Shown: one piece after another, positions 29,335 through 38,983 of the stretch | Numbering within the stretch: position 1 is the stretch's first letter | Layout of the letters: every line of letters begins with the position of its first letter | NCBI GenBank assembly: GCA_943787795.1 | Contig: CALSNU010000006.1 | Coordinates: 256,001-320,000 of the forward strand | DNA length: 64,000 bases | Source of the DNA: an uncultured bacterium | GTDB lineage: Bacteria; Planctomycetota; UBA1135; GCA-002686595 | Reading direction: 5' to 3' | Program-made: the position numbers and the translations under genes | Notes under the pieces: model-generated | Told to the model about the DNA's origin: nothing | Database searches by the model: none | The model's input: the letters and a program-made list of their open reading frames with translations, nothing else

Positions 29335-30761
29335 GACGAACAGAGCCTACCCCCCGCGACGGCCAGATCCTTCCAGAACCCAGGCCATGACTTGCGGACG
29401 CAGCCCGGTTCGAGGCACACGATTCGCGCCTCAAAGAGGGAGAGGAGGGCCCCGAAGAACACCATCCTGTGATCGCCCTCGGGGTTCAGTTGAAGCGCCT
29501 CCCTCCGCCCTCCAGGCGCGGGCGGCTCATCGCTGATCGTGAGCGACGCGCTTCCCTGCTCGACCCCGAGCCCGAGCGCACGCAGCCCGGTCGCGAGGAC
29601 CGAGATCCGGTCACACTCCTTACCCGGGAGGGTCTCGAGTCCAGTCAACGCAGAGCCGCCGAGACCGCGAAGGGCCACAAAGGCCGCGACCGCCGCGAGC
29701 ACGGGTGCGAGGTCGGGGAACGGCCCGCAGTCGATCCGCGCCCCGCGACTCGGTGTCCCCGTCGCCACCAGGCGATCGCGCCCGCTGCCCTCGACGGAGC
29801 ACCCGAACGCCTGGAGACAGGGGACGATGGCCACATCCGGCTGCAGCGAGCCCGTCCCGATCCCATCAACCCAGGTCCTCTCCCCACCCGTGAGCACGCC
29901 AGCGGCGAGGGCCACCGCAGCCGCGCTCGCGTCCGGCTCACAGGCGAAGGGCGACGCGGGCGCGGTCAGGGGCCCGCGGATGGTGAAGAGTGTCCCGGCC
30001 TCCCCAGCGGTGTCCGAAGCCAGCGCCTCGGCCCGAACGGAGCCCCCGAACCGGCCCAGGACCCCGACCGTCATGTCCACGTAACCACGGCTGGGGATCG
30101 GCCCAAGCACCCGCAGCCGGCGCTCGCCCGCGTGGGACGCCATGGCCAGCAGGAGCCCGCTGACCTCCTGGCTGGAGACAGGGTGACGCAGCTCCACGGA
30201 GTCCCGCGGCGTCGCGGCGGTGAAGAGGGCCGGCCAGCGATCCGGGGCGCCCGCGGGCTCGACCCCCGCACCCGCCCCGCGCAGGGCTTCAAACAGCGGC
30301 CCGCTCGACCGCGAGCTCAGGGTCCCCGCGGGCACGACCTCGGAGCCGCTGCCCTCGGGACGCGCCAGGGCTCCGAGGGCCGAGAACAGTCGAGCGCAGG
30401 TCCCTGACTCTCCGGGCTCCAACCGGGCCCATGGCCTGGCGGCGCCCTCCGGCGAGGGCGGATCGCCCACGATCTGGCCCTCACCACCGCTTCGCAGCAG
30501 CGCCGCTGCCAGGGGATCGTCCGGTCGTTGTCCTCCGGGGAAGCGCGCGCCAAGGGCCCTCGCGCAGCGCAGGGCCCCGACCACATCGTCCGACGACGGC
30601 AGGCCTCCGAGCCGGGTGAGGCCCCTTGCCACCGAGGCCGCTGCGAGGATCCTCTGCGCCATCGACTTCGAGCCGGGCACCCGCACGGGCCCCGCGATGA
30701 CAGACCCCTCGAGGAAGCCCGCAGCGCGGGCGAGGAGCGGGTCAGTGCGGTCAGGGTTCAA
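29331..30761 (-). CDS. aroA: 3-phosphoshikimate 1-carboxyvinyltransferase (EPSP synthase)
   Basis: PGSKSMAQR, GESGTCAR, VSSQ, EPDASAA, PDL, KECDR, DHRM, KSWP; start uncertain (TTG 30761 chosen; the longer ORF overlaps purC antisense). Confidence 0.88.
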   Translation of the reverse strand: MNPDRTDPLLARAAGFLEGSVIAGPVRVPGSKSMAQRILAAASVARGLTRLGGLPSSDDVVGALRCARALGARFPGGQRPDDPLAAALLRSGGEGQIVGDPPSPEGAARPWARLEPGESGTCARLFSALGALARPEGSGSEVVPAGTLSSRSSGPLFEALRGAGAGVEPAGAPDRWPALFTAATPRDSVELRHPVSSQEVSGLLLAMASHAGERRLRVLGPIPSRGYVDMTVGVLGRFGGSVRAEALASDTAGEAGTLFTIRGPLTAPASPFACEPDASAAAVALAAGVLTGGERTWVDGIGTGSLQPDVAIVPCLQAFGCSVEGSGRDRLVATGTPSRGARIDCGPFPDLAPVLAAVAAFVALRGLGGSALTGLETLPGKECDRISVLATGLRALGLGVEQGSASLTISDEPPAPGGRREALQLNPEGDHRMVFFGALLSLFEARIVCLEPGCVRKSWPGFWKDLAVAGGRLCSS

Positions 30762-30851
30762 GGTGCGATAGAGGGGGGCCTGAGTGCCCAAGGCTAACGT
30801 TCCCGGACCCGGGATTCGCGGTCCGGCTCCGCCTTGCCTATCGTTCTCCCC

Positions 30852-31754
30852 ATGACTGACGTCTATCTGGGCCGTGAGGACCGGCCAACGGGCCTCGAGC
30901 AGATCGCCTCGGGCAAGGTGCGAGACATCTACGGCCTCGATCCTGACCATCTGCTCTTCGTGACCACGGACCGCGTCTCCGCCTTTGATGTGGTGATGGA
31001 CGAGGGCGTCCCCATGAAGGGCAAGGTGCTCACCGCCATCGCGGCCCACTGGTTCGAGCGGACCCGTGACCTGACGCCAAACCACCTCGTGAGCACCTGC
31101 GTGGATGACGCCGAGGGGCTCGACGAGTCCTGGAAGGAGCGGCTGCGCGGTCGCGTCATGATCGTGCGCCGCGCCAAGCCAGACCCCATCGAGTGGGTCG
31201 TGCGTGGGCATATCGCGGGGTCGGGCTGGAAGGAGTACCGGCAGTCCCAGACGATCTGTGGCATCCCGCTGCCTGCCGGCCTCTCCCTTGCCGAGGAGCT
31301 GCCAGAGCCGATCGTGACCCCCACCACGAAGCACGAGGCCCACGACCGACCGCTGACCCCCGACCAGGCCCGGGACCTCGTGGGTGAGGATCGATGGGAG
31401 CACGGCAAGGCCCTCTGCCTCGCGCTCTTCGAGCGGGGCCGCCAGCAGCTCGCGCCGCTCGGCCTCCGCCTCGCGGACACCAAGTTCGAGCTTGGCGTTC
31501 GGGACGATGAGCCCCTCTTGATCGACGAGGCCCTGACCCCTGACTCCTCACGCATGTGGGACGAGGGCGACTACCGGGTGGGGATCAGCCCGCCCAGCTT
31601 CGACAAGCAGATCCTTCGGGACTGGCTCGAGACCCTCGACTGGGACAAGGAGTACCCCGCGCCACCGCTCGACCCCACCATCGTGGCGCGCGTAACGGCC
31701 CGCTACCTCGAGGTGTGCGAGCGAATCACCGGAGAAGAGCTCGTCCCCGCCTGA
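30852..31754 (+). CDS. purC: phosphoribosylaminoimidazole-succinocarboxamide (SAICAR) synthase
   Basis: SGKVRDIY, TDRVSAFD, EWVVRGHIAGSGW, LADTKFELG, DEALTPDSSR, SFDKQ. Confidence 0.96.
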   Translation: MTDVYLGREDRPTGLEQIASGKVRDIYGLDPDHLLFVTTDRVSAFDVVMDEGVPMKGKVLTAIAAHWFERTRDLTPNHLVSTCVDDAEGLDESWKERLRGRVMIVRRAKPDPIEWVVRGHIAGSGWKEYRQSQTICGIPLPAGLSLAEELPEPIVTPTTKHEAHDRPLTPDQARDLVGEDRWEHGKALCLALFERGRQQLAPLGLRLADTKFELGVRDDEPLLIDEALTPDSSRMWDEGDYRVGISPPSFDKQILRDWLETLDWDKEYPAPPLDPTIVARVTARYLEVCERITGEELVPA

Positions 31755-31780
31755 GAAGCCACCGCGGCGGCTCGGAGGCC

Positions 31781-31850
31781 CAGCAGAGAGTTCAGCAGAG
31801 CGTTCATCAGAGAGTTCAGCAGGGCTTTCAGCAGGGATCCCAGCAGGAGA
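31781..31850. repeat. 12-bp tandem repeat (CAGCAGAGAGTT-like), about 6 degenerate copies
   Basis: Read directly in the purC-mtnA spacer. Confidence 0.85.
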
Positions 31851-32006
31851 CCGGCTCGAAGACCCGTCCGAAGGCCGCCCGCTGCCGGGTGCCCCATTCG
31901 CCCGTGGCCACCTGTGCCCACCCATGGCCACCCGCAAGCCGAGCGAGGTCAAGACCGGGCCCCCCCCTCCGGGGCAGGGGCCCGTCCAACGGGATAGGCT
32001 CTGTCT

Positions 32007-33080
32007 ATGAACGCCAAGATCGAACTCCCCTTCGAGACCCTCTCGTGGATCGGCAACCTGGACGGTCACGTCCAGATGCTCGAGCAGACCCGGCTCCCGC
32101 TCGAGGAGGTGCAGCTCGAGGTCAGGACGGTCTCGGAGATGGTGGACGCCATCTACCGGCTCGCCGTTCGAGGGGCCCCTGCCATCGGCGTCGCCGCTGG
32201 CTACGGGATGGTGCTGGGCATCCGCTCCGCTGGTCCGGGCGAGGTCCTCGAGGTCGCCCGCGCGACCAAGAGCACCCTCGACGCCTCGAGGCCGACCGCG
32301 GTCAACCTCAGCTGGGCCACCGCTCGGATTCTCAGGCACCTCGAGGGCCTGGAGGGCGCCGATGACGCGGCCCTCAAGCAGGCCACGCTCGACGAGGCCC
32401 GCGCCATCCAGGAGGGTGACGAGGACACCTGCCGGCGGATGGGCGAGCACGGCGCGACCCTGATCCAGGACGGCTGGACACTGCTCACCCACTGCAACGC
32501 AGGGGCCCTCGCGACGGCCGGAATGGGGACGGCCCTCGCGCCGATCTACACCGCCCATGCGCAAGGCAAGCGGGTGGCCGTCTTTGCCGACGAGACGCGC
32601 CCGCTCCTTCAAGGGGCGCGGATCACGTCCTGGGAGCTCATGAAGGCCGGGGTCGAGGTCCGGCTGATCACCGACGGCATGGCCGCGCGAGTGATGGGCG
32701 AAGGGAAGATTGACGCGGTCTTCGTCGGCTCCGACCGGATCGCCCGCAACGGGGATGTGTGCAACAAGATCGGCACCTACGGGGTGGCGATCTCGGCCCA
32801 CCACCACAACGTCCCCTTCCACGTGGTCGCGCCACTCTCCACCGTCGACCCCTCGCTCGCCAGCGGCGACCTGATTCCCATCGAGGAGCGGCCCGCCGAG
32901 GAGATCACGGAGGGGTTCGGCAACCGCACCGCCCCAAGGGACGTCCAGGTCTACGCGCCCGCGTTCGACGTGACCCCGGCCGCGCTGGTGACCTCCATCA
33001 TCACCGAGGTCGGCATCGTCGAAGCACCGGACACCGCGAAGATGGAGCGCGCGCTCAGGGAGGGCGGCGTTTCCTTCTGA
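32007..33080 (+). CDS. mtnA: S-methyl-5-thioribose-1-phosphate isomerase
   Basis: [59 protein letters not shown]. Confidence 0.96.
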   Translation: MNAKIELPFETLSWIGNLDGHVQMLEQTRLPLEEVQLEVRTVSEMVDAIYRLAVRGAPAIGVAAGYGMVLGIRSAGPGEVLEVARATKSTLDASRPTAVNLSWATARILRHLEGLEGADDAALKQATLDEARAIQEGDEDTCRRMGEHGATLIQDGWTLLTHCNAGALATAGMGTALAPIYTAHAQGKRVAVFADETRPLLQGARITSWELMKAGVEVRLITDGMAARVMGEGKIDAVFVGSDRIARNGDVCNKIGTYGVAISAHHHNVPFHVVAPLSTVDPSLASGDLIPIEERPAEEITEGFGNRTAPRDVQVYAPAFDVTPAALVTSIITEVGIVEAPDTAKMERALREGGVSF

Positions 33081-33259
33081 GGCATCAGCAGGCCCGCAGC
33101 GAGAGCGACGCAGGCCCTGGACGCAGCCGCCTCACCCTCACGCCAGACCTCCTCAAGCGGACGGGCCGGGAAGTTCGAAAGGAGTCACGGGAGCGCCCGA
33201 GCAGCGGCGCCCGTCCCCGTGCCCTCGATCCAGCCCCGTGCCCTCGATCCAGCCCGCCT

Positions 33260-33469
33260 ATGAGCCCCAAGAAAGACGACCCCGCCGGCGACACGCCCAC
33301 CAAGGCCACGAAGCCCGCGACCAGCAAGCCGGATCAGATGGAGCCCGAGGTCCTGGAGTTCATCCAGGCCATCGACGACTACAAGCGCATCCACGGTCGC
33401 CCGTTTCCCTCCTGGACCGAGGTCCTCGAGATCATCCGGAACCTCGGCTACGAGCGCTCCGAAGCGTGA
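33260..33469 (+). CDS. small hypothetical protein (69 aa, [32 protein letters not shown])
   Basis: Typical GC3-rich codon usage and a globular helical core; visible in the ORF track only as the tail of a longer ORF. Confidence 0.75.
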   Translation: MSPKKDDPAGDTPTKATKPATSKPDQMEPEVLEFIQAIDDYKRIHGRPFPSWTEVLEIIRNLGYERSEA

Positions 33470-33476
33470 GCGCCGC

Positions 33477-34730
33477 CTAGGCGTAGATCGGCCTGCGGGA
33501 GGTCAGCTCCGCCACCGCGCCCGCGACTCGCTTGATCGTCGCCTCATCCTCGGGTGCCCTCAGGATCTCCCCGATCCAGCCAGCGAGGTGACCCATGTCC
33601 GTCACATCAAGCCCCCGGGTGGTGATCGCGGCGGTCCCCAGCCGCACCCCGGAGGCCTCCATGGGAGGACGCTCGTCAAACGGGATGAGGTTCTTGTTGC
33701 AGGTGATGTCGACGCGGTGGAGCGCGTCCTCCGCCGCGGCACCGGAGAGCCCAACGCTGCCGACGTCCACGAGCATCACATGGTTATCGGTGCCCCCCGA
33801 GACGATCCGGATCCCCGCCTCCACGAGCCCGTCCGCGAGGGCCGAGGCGTTCGCCACCACCTGCGCGGCGTAGGCCTTGAAGGAGTCCTGCTGGGCCTCC
33901 CGGAAGGCGATGGCCTTGGCCGCGATCACGTGCATGAGCGGCCCCCCCTGCCCGCCAGGGAAGAGCGCGCTGTTGATCTTCACGATGCGCTCCTTGGGGC
34001 ACAGGATCATGCCCCCGCGCGGCCCGCGCAGCGTTTTGTGGGTGGTGAGGGTGACCACGTCCGCGTGGGGGACGGGGCTCGCGTGCGCGCCCCCCGCCAC
34101 GAGCCCGGCGATGTGCGCCATGTCCACCATGAACAGCGCGTCCACCTCGCGGGCGATGTCGGCGAAGGCGGCGAAGTCGATGGGGCGCGAGTACGCCGAC
34201 GCGCCGGCGATGACGAGCTTCGGCCGGAGCGCGAGCGCCTGCTCCCGAATCTTGTCCAGGTCGAGCCGCTCGGTGTCCGGCTCCACCCCGTAGCTGTGGA
34301 AGTCGTAGAAGACGCCGCTGAAGTTCTTGGTGTGCCCGTGCGAGAGGTGCCCGCCGTGATCCAGTGACATGGCGAGGACCTTGTCACCAGGGTCCAGCAT
34401 GGACATGAACGCCGCCATGTTGGCCTGGGTGCCGCTGTGTGGCTGCACGTTGGCGCGCTCCGAGCCGAAGAGTTCTCGGGCACGGTTGCGGGCCAGGTCC
34501 TCGACCTCGTCGACAAACTCGCAGCCGCCGTAGTAACGCCGGCCGGGATAGCCCTCCGCGTACTTGTTGGTCAGCGCGGTCCCCATGGCGGCCATCACCT
34601 CCTCCGAGGCGTGGTTCTCGGAGGCGATCAGCTCCAGCTGCTGCTCCTGACGATCTTCCTCCCGGGCGATGGAGGCCCACACGGCGTCGTCGGTCTTCGT
34701 GGTGTTCGGGGCGGGGCTTTGGAGAGTCAT
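33477..34730 (-). CDS. glyA: serine hydroxymethyltransferase
   Basis: LELIASEN, NKYAEGYPGRRYYGGC, NVQPHSG, GGHLSHG, TTHKTLRGPRGG; start re-picked to ATG 34730. Confidence 0.97.
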   Translation of the reverse strand: MTLQSPAPNTTKTDDAVWASIAREEDRQEQQLELIASENHASEEVMAAMGTALTNKYAEGYPGRRYYGGCEFVDEVEDLARNRARELFGSERANVQPHSGTQANMAAFMSMLDPGDKVLAMSLDHGGHLSHGHTKNFSGVFYDFHSYGVEPDTERLDLDKIREQALALRPKLVIAGASAYSRPIDFAAFADIAREVDALFMVDMAHIAGLVAGGAHASPVPHADVVTLTTHKTLRGPRGGMILCPKERIVKINSALFPGGQGGPLMHVIAAKAIAFREAQQDSFKAYAAQVVANASALADGLVEAGIRIVSGGTDNHVMLVDVGSVGLSGAAAEDALHRVDITCNKNLIPFDERPPMEASGVRLGTAAITTRGLDVTDMGHLAGWIGEILRAPEDEATIKRVAGAVAELTSRRPIYA

Positions 34731-34903
34731 CGGCGCAGGAGTGGGTTGAGGGCGAGCGCGCAGCATAGGCCCGGCTGGCAGGCGATTCCTCCCCGATCTC
34801 GGCGATGCGACCGACACGGGGCGTGCATCCTCAAATTGCGCAGGGCGCTCGGTCGCAGGGCGACCGAGCGCCCTGCGTGAGCACCGAGGGCCGCGCAGCG
34901 ACC

Positions 34904-36193
34904 TCAGCCGCCGAGGGGTTCTCCCTGCGCGTCGTACTCGTCCAGGGGATCCACCACGGCCACCCCGTCCTGGGCCGCGGGCTGCGGCGCGGTGTCAGCC
35001 GCCCAGGCCGCGGCCTGAGCCACGCCCGCCTCATCCAAGCCGTTGGCCCTGCGGTCCGCTGTGTAAACACCCGAGAGGTCGGCCACCAGCTGCCCCGCTT
35101 GGTCCCAGAAGGCCCAAGGGCCCTCCCGGAGGCCGTTCATGGAGACGCCGATTTGCTTGCGCCGGCCATTCGGCCACCACTCCTGCTGCAGACCGTTGGA
35201 GACCTGGCCCTCAACCACGCTGATCACCTTCGGTGATCCGTCCTCGAACCACTGCCGCAGGACTCCCGTGCGCTGGCCAGACTCGTGAGAGACCATCATG
35301 AACAGCTGGCCGTTGGGGTGCCACTCGCGGACCACCCCAGTGACCTTGCCCGCCTCCCAGCTCGTGATCAGATGGCGGCTCCCATCGTTGTGCCAGTGCC
35401 GCCCCTCCCCGACCTGGGCGCCGTTCTCCCAGATCTTCTCGTACATAGGCTGCCCGCTGGGCCACCAAGCACGCTCCGTGCCGTGTTGCTTACCCGCCAC
35501 GAAGGGAAGGACATGGGCATCGGAGCCATCCTCGTGCCACCCCGTCATGGAGAGGACCTCGCCGTCGTCTGAGTGCTCCCCCGATCGAAGCAGCTGACCG
35601 CTCGGGCTGAACCCCTGATGGAGCCCAACCGGCTTGCCGCCGACGTATTCGCCCGTGACATAGACCTCACCGTTTGCATGCCAGCGCACGTGGAGGCCGA
35701 CCGCCTCACCGTCCACGAACGAACCCTTGAAGGACTCCTTGCCGCCCTCGTGCCACTCCGCCCAGTCTCCGACCTTTTCGCCGCCCTGGTACTGGCCCTG
35801 CAGCTTCTTGTCGCCGTTGGGGAACCAGGCCTGGGTCGGGCCGGTCAGCGCGCCGTCTGAGTACTGGTACCGGGCGGCCTCGAGGTCGTTGTTGTGGTAC
35901 TCGACCCACTCCCCGATCTCCCGGCCCTGGGCGTCGTACTGGCCCTTCTTCTGGACCTTCCCGGAGGCGTCCCACCAGGTCCGCGGCCCCACAAACTGGC
36001 CGTAGAGGGTGGTGCCTTCGGATTTCTTGGCCCGCTTCAGCTGCGGATTGTGCCACTCGACCACGACGGTGGCCTCGGAAGTGCTGACCTCCTCACCCCC
36101 TGAACAGGCGCCCAGGAGGGCCCCCGTGAGGGCAATGCCGGCCCATACGCCGGTGCGGAGGGGTGAGATCGAGGCGAGTGCGGAACGCTTCAT
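34904..36193 (-). CDS. MORN-variant repeat (YwqK-like) lipoprotein
   Basis: Lipobox LGAC; many G...(W/Y)(H/Y)xNG repeats of about 24 aa. Confidence 0.85.
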   Translation of the reverse strand: MKRSALASISPLRTGVWAGIALTGALLGACSGGEEVSTSEATVVVEWHNPQLKRAKKSEGTTLYGQFVGPRTWWDASGKVQKKGQYDAQGREIGEWVEYHNNDLEAARYQYSDGALTGPTQAWFPNGDKKLQGQYQGGEKVGDWAEWHEGGKESFKGSFVDGEAVGLHVRWHANGEVYVTGEYVGGKPVGLHQGFSPSGQLLRSGEHSDDGEVLSMTGWHEDGSDAHVLPFVAGKQHGTERAWWPSGQPMYEKIWENGAQVGEGRHWHNDGSRHLITSWEAGKVTGVVREWHPNGQLFMMVSHESGQRTGVLRQWFEDGSPKVISVVEGQVSNGLQQEWWPNGRRKQIGVSMNGLREGPWAFWDQAGQLVADLSGVYTADRRANGLDEAGVAQAAAWAADTAPQPAAQDGVAVVDPLDEYDAQGEPLGG

Positions 36194-36450
36194 GCCCGAA
36201 TTCTAGCCCGCCGGAGGGCTCGTCAGAAGCAGTTGCCCCCAGTGTCCCGACATCGACCAGGATCCGGCGCCCGACGCTTCGCCACCAATACCCCTCGCCT
36301 CCCTGAGCTCGCCCGGCCGAAGTCGCCATGCAGCCGCAGAGACCACTCCGCCTCAGTGGCCCTCCCGCCGCTGGGGGCCGCCGGCTGCTTCGTGCTCACC
36401 CGGAAGGGTCCATCGCGTACGGAGCCGGTGGGGCTATGCTCCCACGAGTC

Positions 36451-38028
36451 ATGATCCAGCCCCAAACCCAAGGTCAAATGGCCCCTGACGCCCACCCTTC
36501 ACGCACCCCGTCGATCACCACCGCGGCCGTCCTCCTCGGGCTCCTTGGCCTCGCCAGCTGCGGCGAGCCCCAGCCGGCGCCGCGTCCCAACGTGATCCTG
36601 ATCACCCTCGACACGGTCCGGGCGGACTTCCTGTCGTGCTACGGGTCCACCAGCGGGGCGACGCCGGCGGTCGACCAGCTCGCCGCGGCGGGGACGCTCT
36701 TCGAGGACGCTGCCAGCTCTTCGGGGCTCACCCCGGCGTCACACGCCACGATCCTCACCGGCAACTTTCAGTACAACCATGGCCTCAGGGTCCTCGCGGC
36801 GGAGAGCGGGTTCAAGCTCGACCCCGACAACGAGACCCTGACCACGGCCTTCAAGGCCGCCGGCTACCGGACGGCCGCGATCCACAGCGCGTTCCCGGTC
36901 TCGGCCTTCTTCGGCTTCGACGAGGGCTTCGACGAGTTCGAGTCCTTTGACGCGACCCTCAAGAAGAAGAAGAACGACACCAAGGTGGGCTGGGACGTTC
37001 GGAGCTATCAACGGCGATCCGACGAGACGACCCGCATGGCCACGGAGTGGCTGAAGGGGGCCGCCGGAGGCGACCAGCCGTTCTTCCTATGGCTCCACTA
37101 CTGGGACCCCCATGACCCGGTGAAGCTCCCCGACGCGGAGGACTTCGAGCGGCTCCGCTATGACCCAGGTACGGGCGAGCTTCAGGACCAGCAAACCCTG
37201 GAGTACGCCGTGGAGGTTCGTTATCAGGACGGGAACCTCAAGACGCTGCTGGACGTCATCGACGAGACCGGCCTCGCGGACGACACCCTCGTCGCCCTGA
37301 CCGCCGATCACGGCCAGGGGCTCACCGATGGCATGCGCAAGCATCGCTGGGGCATGCACCGCATGCTGTACCGCGAGCAGACGCACGTCCCTTTCATTGT
37401 CCGCGGCCCGGGCGTTCCGGCAGGCGCAAGAGTTGCGGACCAGGTCAGGACCGCGGACCTGGCTCCGACGCTGCTCGACTACGCCGGCCTGAGCCCGTTC
37501 ACCGATCCGGTGGACGGCGTCAGCCTCCGGCCCTGGATCGAGGGCGAAGGCGCAGGCGACCTCACCGCCTATGGGGAGCAGATCAACGGCTACGACCACA
37601 ACGCAGGGATGCGCAAGTTCCGCCCCGACGCCGCGTTCCTCTATATGGTCTCCGACGGGGAGTGGAAGCTCATCTACAAGCCCCACATGCCGTCCGCCAG
37701 CGAGCTGTTCCACGTGGGCATCGACCCCCTCGAGGAACGCAACGTGATCGCCACCAACCCCGAGATCGTGAAGGTCCTGCTCGCGGATCTTGCGGAGCGA
37801 AACCCATGGGTGACCGCGCCGTTCCCTGTCACGGCCACCGGCGCCGGCGGGGCCATCGCAGGCCCGGACCTGAGCGTGCTCGGATACTCCGCCGCGGAGG
37901 TGGAGGGCAGCGGTGACTGGTGGTGGACCTGCCCTGAGCACACCGACGTCCACGCAGAGCGCAGGGGCCGCTGCGAGGTCGACGGCTGCGAGCGAATCAT
38001 GATCTCCATGGGTCGCTGGTCGGATTAG
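36451..38028 (+). CDS. sulfatase-like hydrolase (alkaline phosphatase superfamily) lipoprotein with C-terminal CPxH/Cys motif
   Basis: PNVILITLDTVRAD, TPASHATILTG, WLHYWDPH, TADHGQG; lipobox LASC; start 36451 or 36478. Confidence 0.85.
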   Translation: MIQPQTQGQMAPDAHPSRTPSITTAAVLLGLLGLASCGEPQPAPRPNVILITLDTVRADFLSCYGSTSGATPAVDQLAAAGTLFEDAASSSGLTPASHATILTGNFQYNHGLRVLAAESGFKLDPDNETLTTAFKAAGYRTAAIHSAFPVSAFFGFDEGFDEFESFDATLKKKKNDTKVGWDVRSYQRRSDETTRMATEWLKGAAGGDQPFFLWLHYWDPHDPVKLPDAEDFERLRYDPGTGELQDQQTLEYAVEVRYQDGNLKTLLDVIDETGLADDTLVALTADHGQGLTDGMRKHRWGMHRMLYREQTHVPFIVRGPGVPAGARVADQVRTADLAPTLLDYAGLSPFTDPVDGVSLRPWIEGEGAGDLTAYGEQINGYDHNAGMRKFRPDAAFLYMVSDGEWKLIYKPHMPSASELFHVGIDPLEERNVIATNPEIVKVLLADLAERNPWVTAPFPVTATGAGGAIAGPDLSVLGYSAAEVEGSGDWWWTCPEHTDVHAERRGRCEVDGCERIMISMGRWSD

Positions 38029-38119
38029 CCCCCAGGAGATCCAAGGCGCCAGCCGCTTCGTCGCCCTCCCTCGCTTCAGCCCGCCCTCACCAACCAACAC
38101 GCCGCCTCCCACGCACGCC

Positions 38120-38983
38120 ATGAAGCCCCTGCTCAAGTTCCTCCTCAAGCCCCTCGTCATCGTGGGCCTCGGGGTGATCGCCCTGATCGCTGCCGGTATC
38201 GTCACCGTCCCACCCGCAGCCAAGGCAGCGGTCGAGAAGGGCTCAGCGTTCGCCTTCGGCGTCCCTGCCACCCTGGGGTCCATCAAGGCCTCACCCGGCC
38301 TGACCACGACGACGCTCGGCTTCTCCGACTACGAGATCCAGAGCCCGGAGGGCTTCGAGGCGCCGCTGCTCACGTTCGGACGCTTCGAGGTCGGCGTCGG
38401 GACACGCTCCCTGGTCGGCCCGGTCAAGGACCTGGGCGTCCTCGAGATCCAGGACGTCGAGCTGACGATCCTCCAGAACGGACTACGGAGCAACCTCGCC
38501 CCCGTGATCGAGCAGGTCCGCAGCCTCGCGCAGAGGTCCAACGAGGCCGCGCAAAGCAAAGGCGCGTCGGATTCAACGGCCGAGGCTGAGGTGGCCGGAG
38601 GCCCCGGGCCGCGCATCCGCGTGGGACGGGTCAAGATCAGCGGGATTCGAGCGCGCCTCAAGGTGGACGGGATTCCAGGGGTGAAGCCGGTGGACGAAGC
38701 CGTGGAGCTCCCGGCGCTCGAGCGCGACTGGACCGACGCGTCGGGTGAGGACGGGTTCACGGTGGCCGACCTGGGAGCGCGCCTCCTGGAGGACATCGAG
38801 ATCAGCGCCCTCGACGGCCTACGGGGCCAGGTCCCCGATGAGGTCATCGAGCTCGTGGAGAAGGGCCTCCAGGGTGGCATGGACCAGATCTTGGACCAGG
38901 CGACAAAGTCCCTGGAAGGGGAGCTTGGAGAGCAGGCTGGCGAGCTACTCGATCTGGGCAAGGGCCTGCTCGGCGGGCGCTAG
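38120..38983 (+). CDS. AsmA-like membrane-anchored protein
   Basis: N-terminal TM anchor followed by a beta-rich segment (I.SPEGF..P.L.FG...V). Confidence 0.6.
   Translation: MKPLLKFLLKPLVIVGLGVIALIAAGIVTVPPAAKAAVEKGSAFAFGVPATLGSIKASPGLTTTTLGFSDYEIQSPEGFEAPLLTFGRFEVGVGTRSLVGPVKDLGVLEIQDVELTILQNGLRSNLAPVIEQVRSLAQRSNEAAQSKGASDSTAEAEVAGGPGPRIRVGRVKISGIRARLKVDGIPGVKPVDEAVELPALERDWTDASGEDGFTVADLGARLLEDIEISALDGLRGQVPDEVIELVEKGLQGGMDQILDQATKSLEGELGEQAGELLDLGKGLLGGR

Noticed and set aside
29331..30761. AroA as an inactive or novel enolpyruvyl transferase
   Set aside because: Although divergent, the substrate-binding motifs (KS...R, GT..R, SSQ, D, KE.DR, DHR, K) are all present
30762..31403. N-terminal extension making AroA 690 aa
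   Set aside because: It overlaps purC on the opposite strand; EPSP synthase motifs start only near 30700
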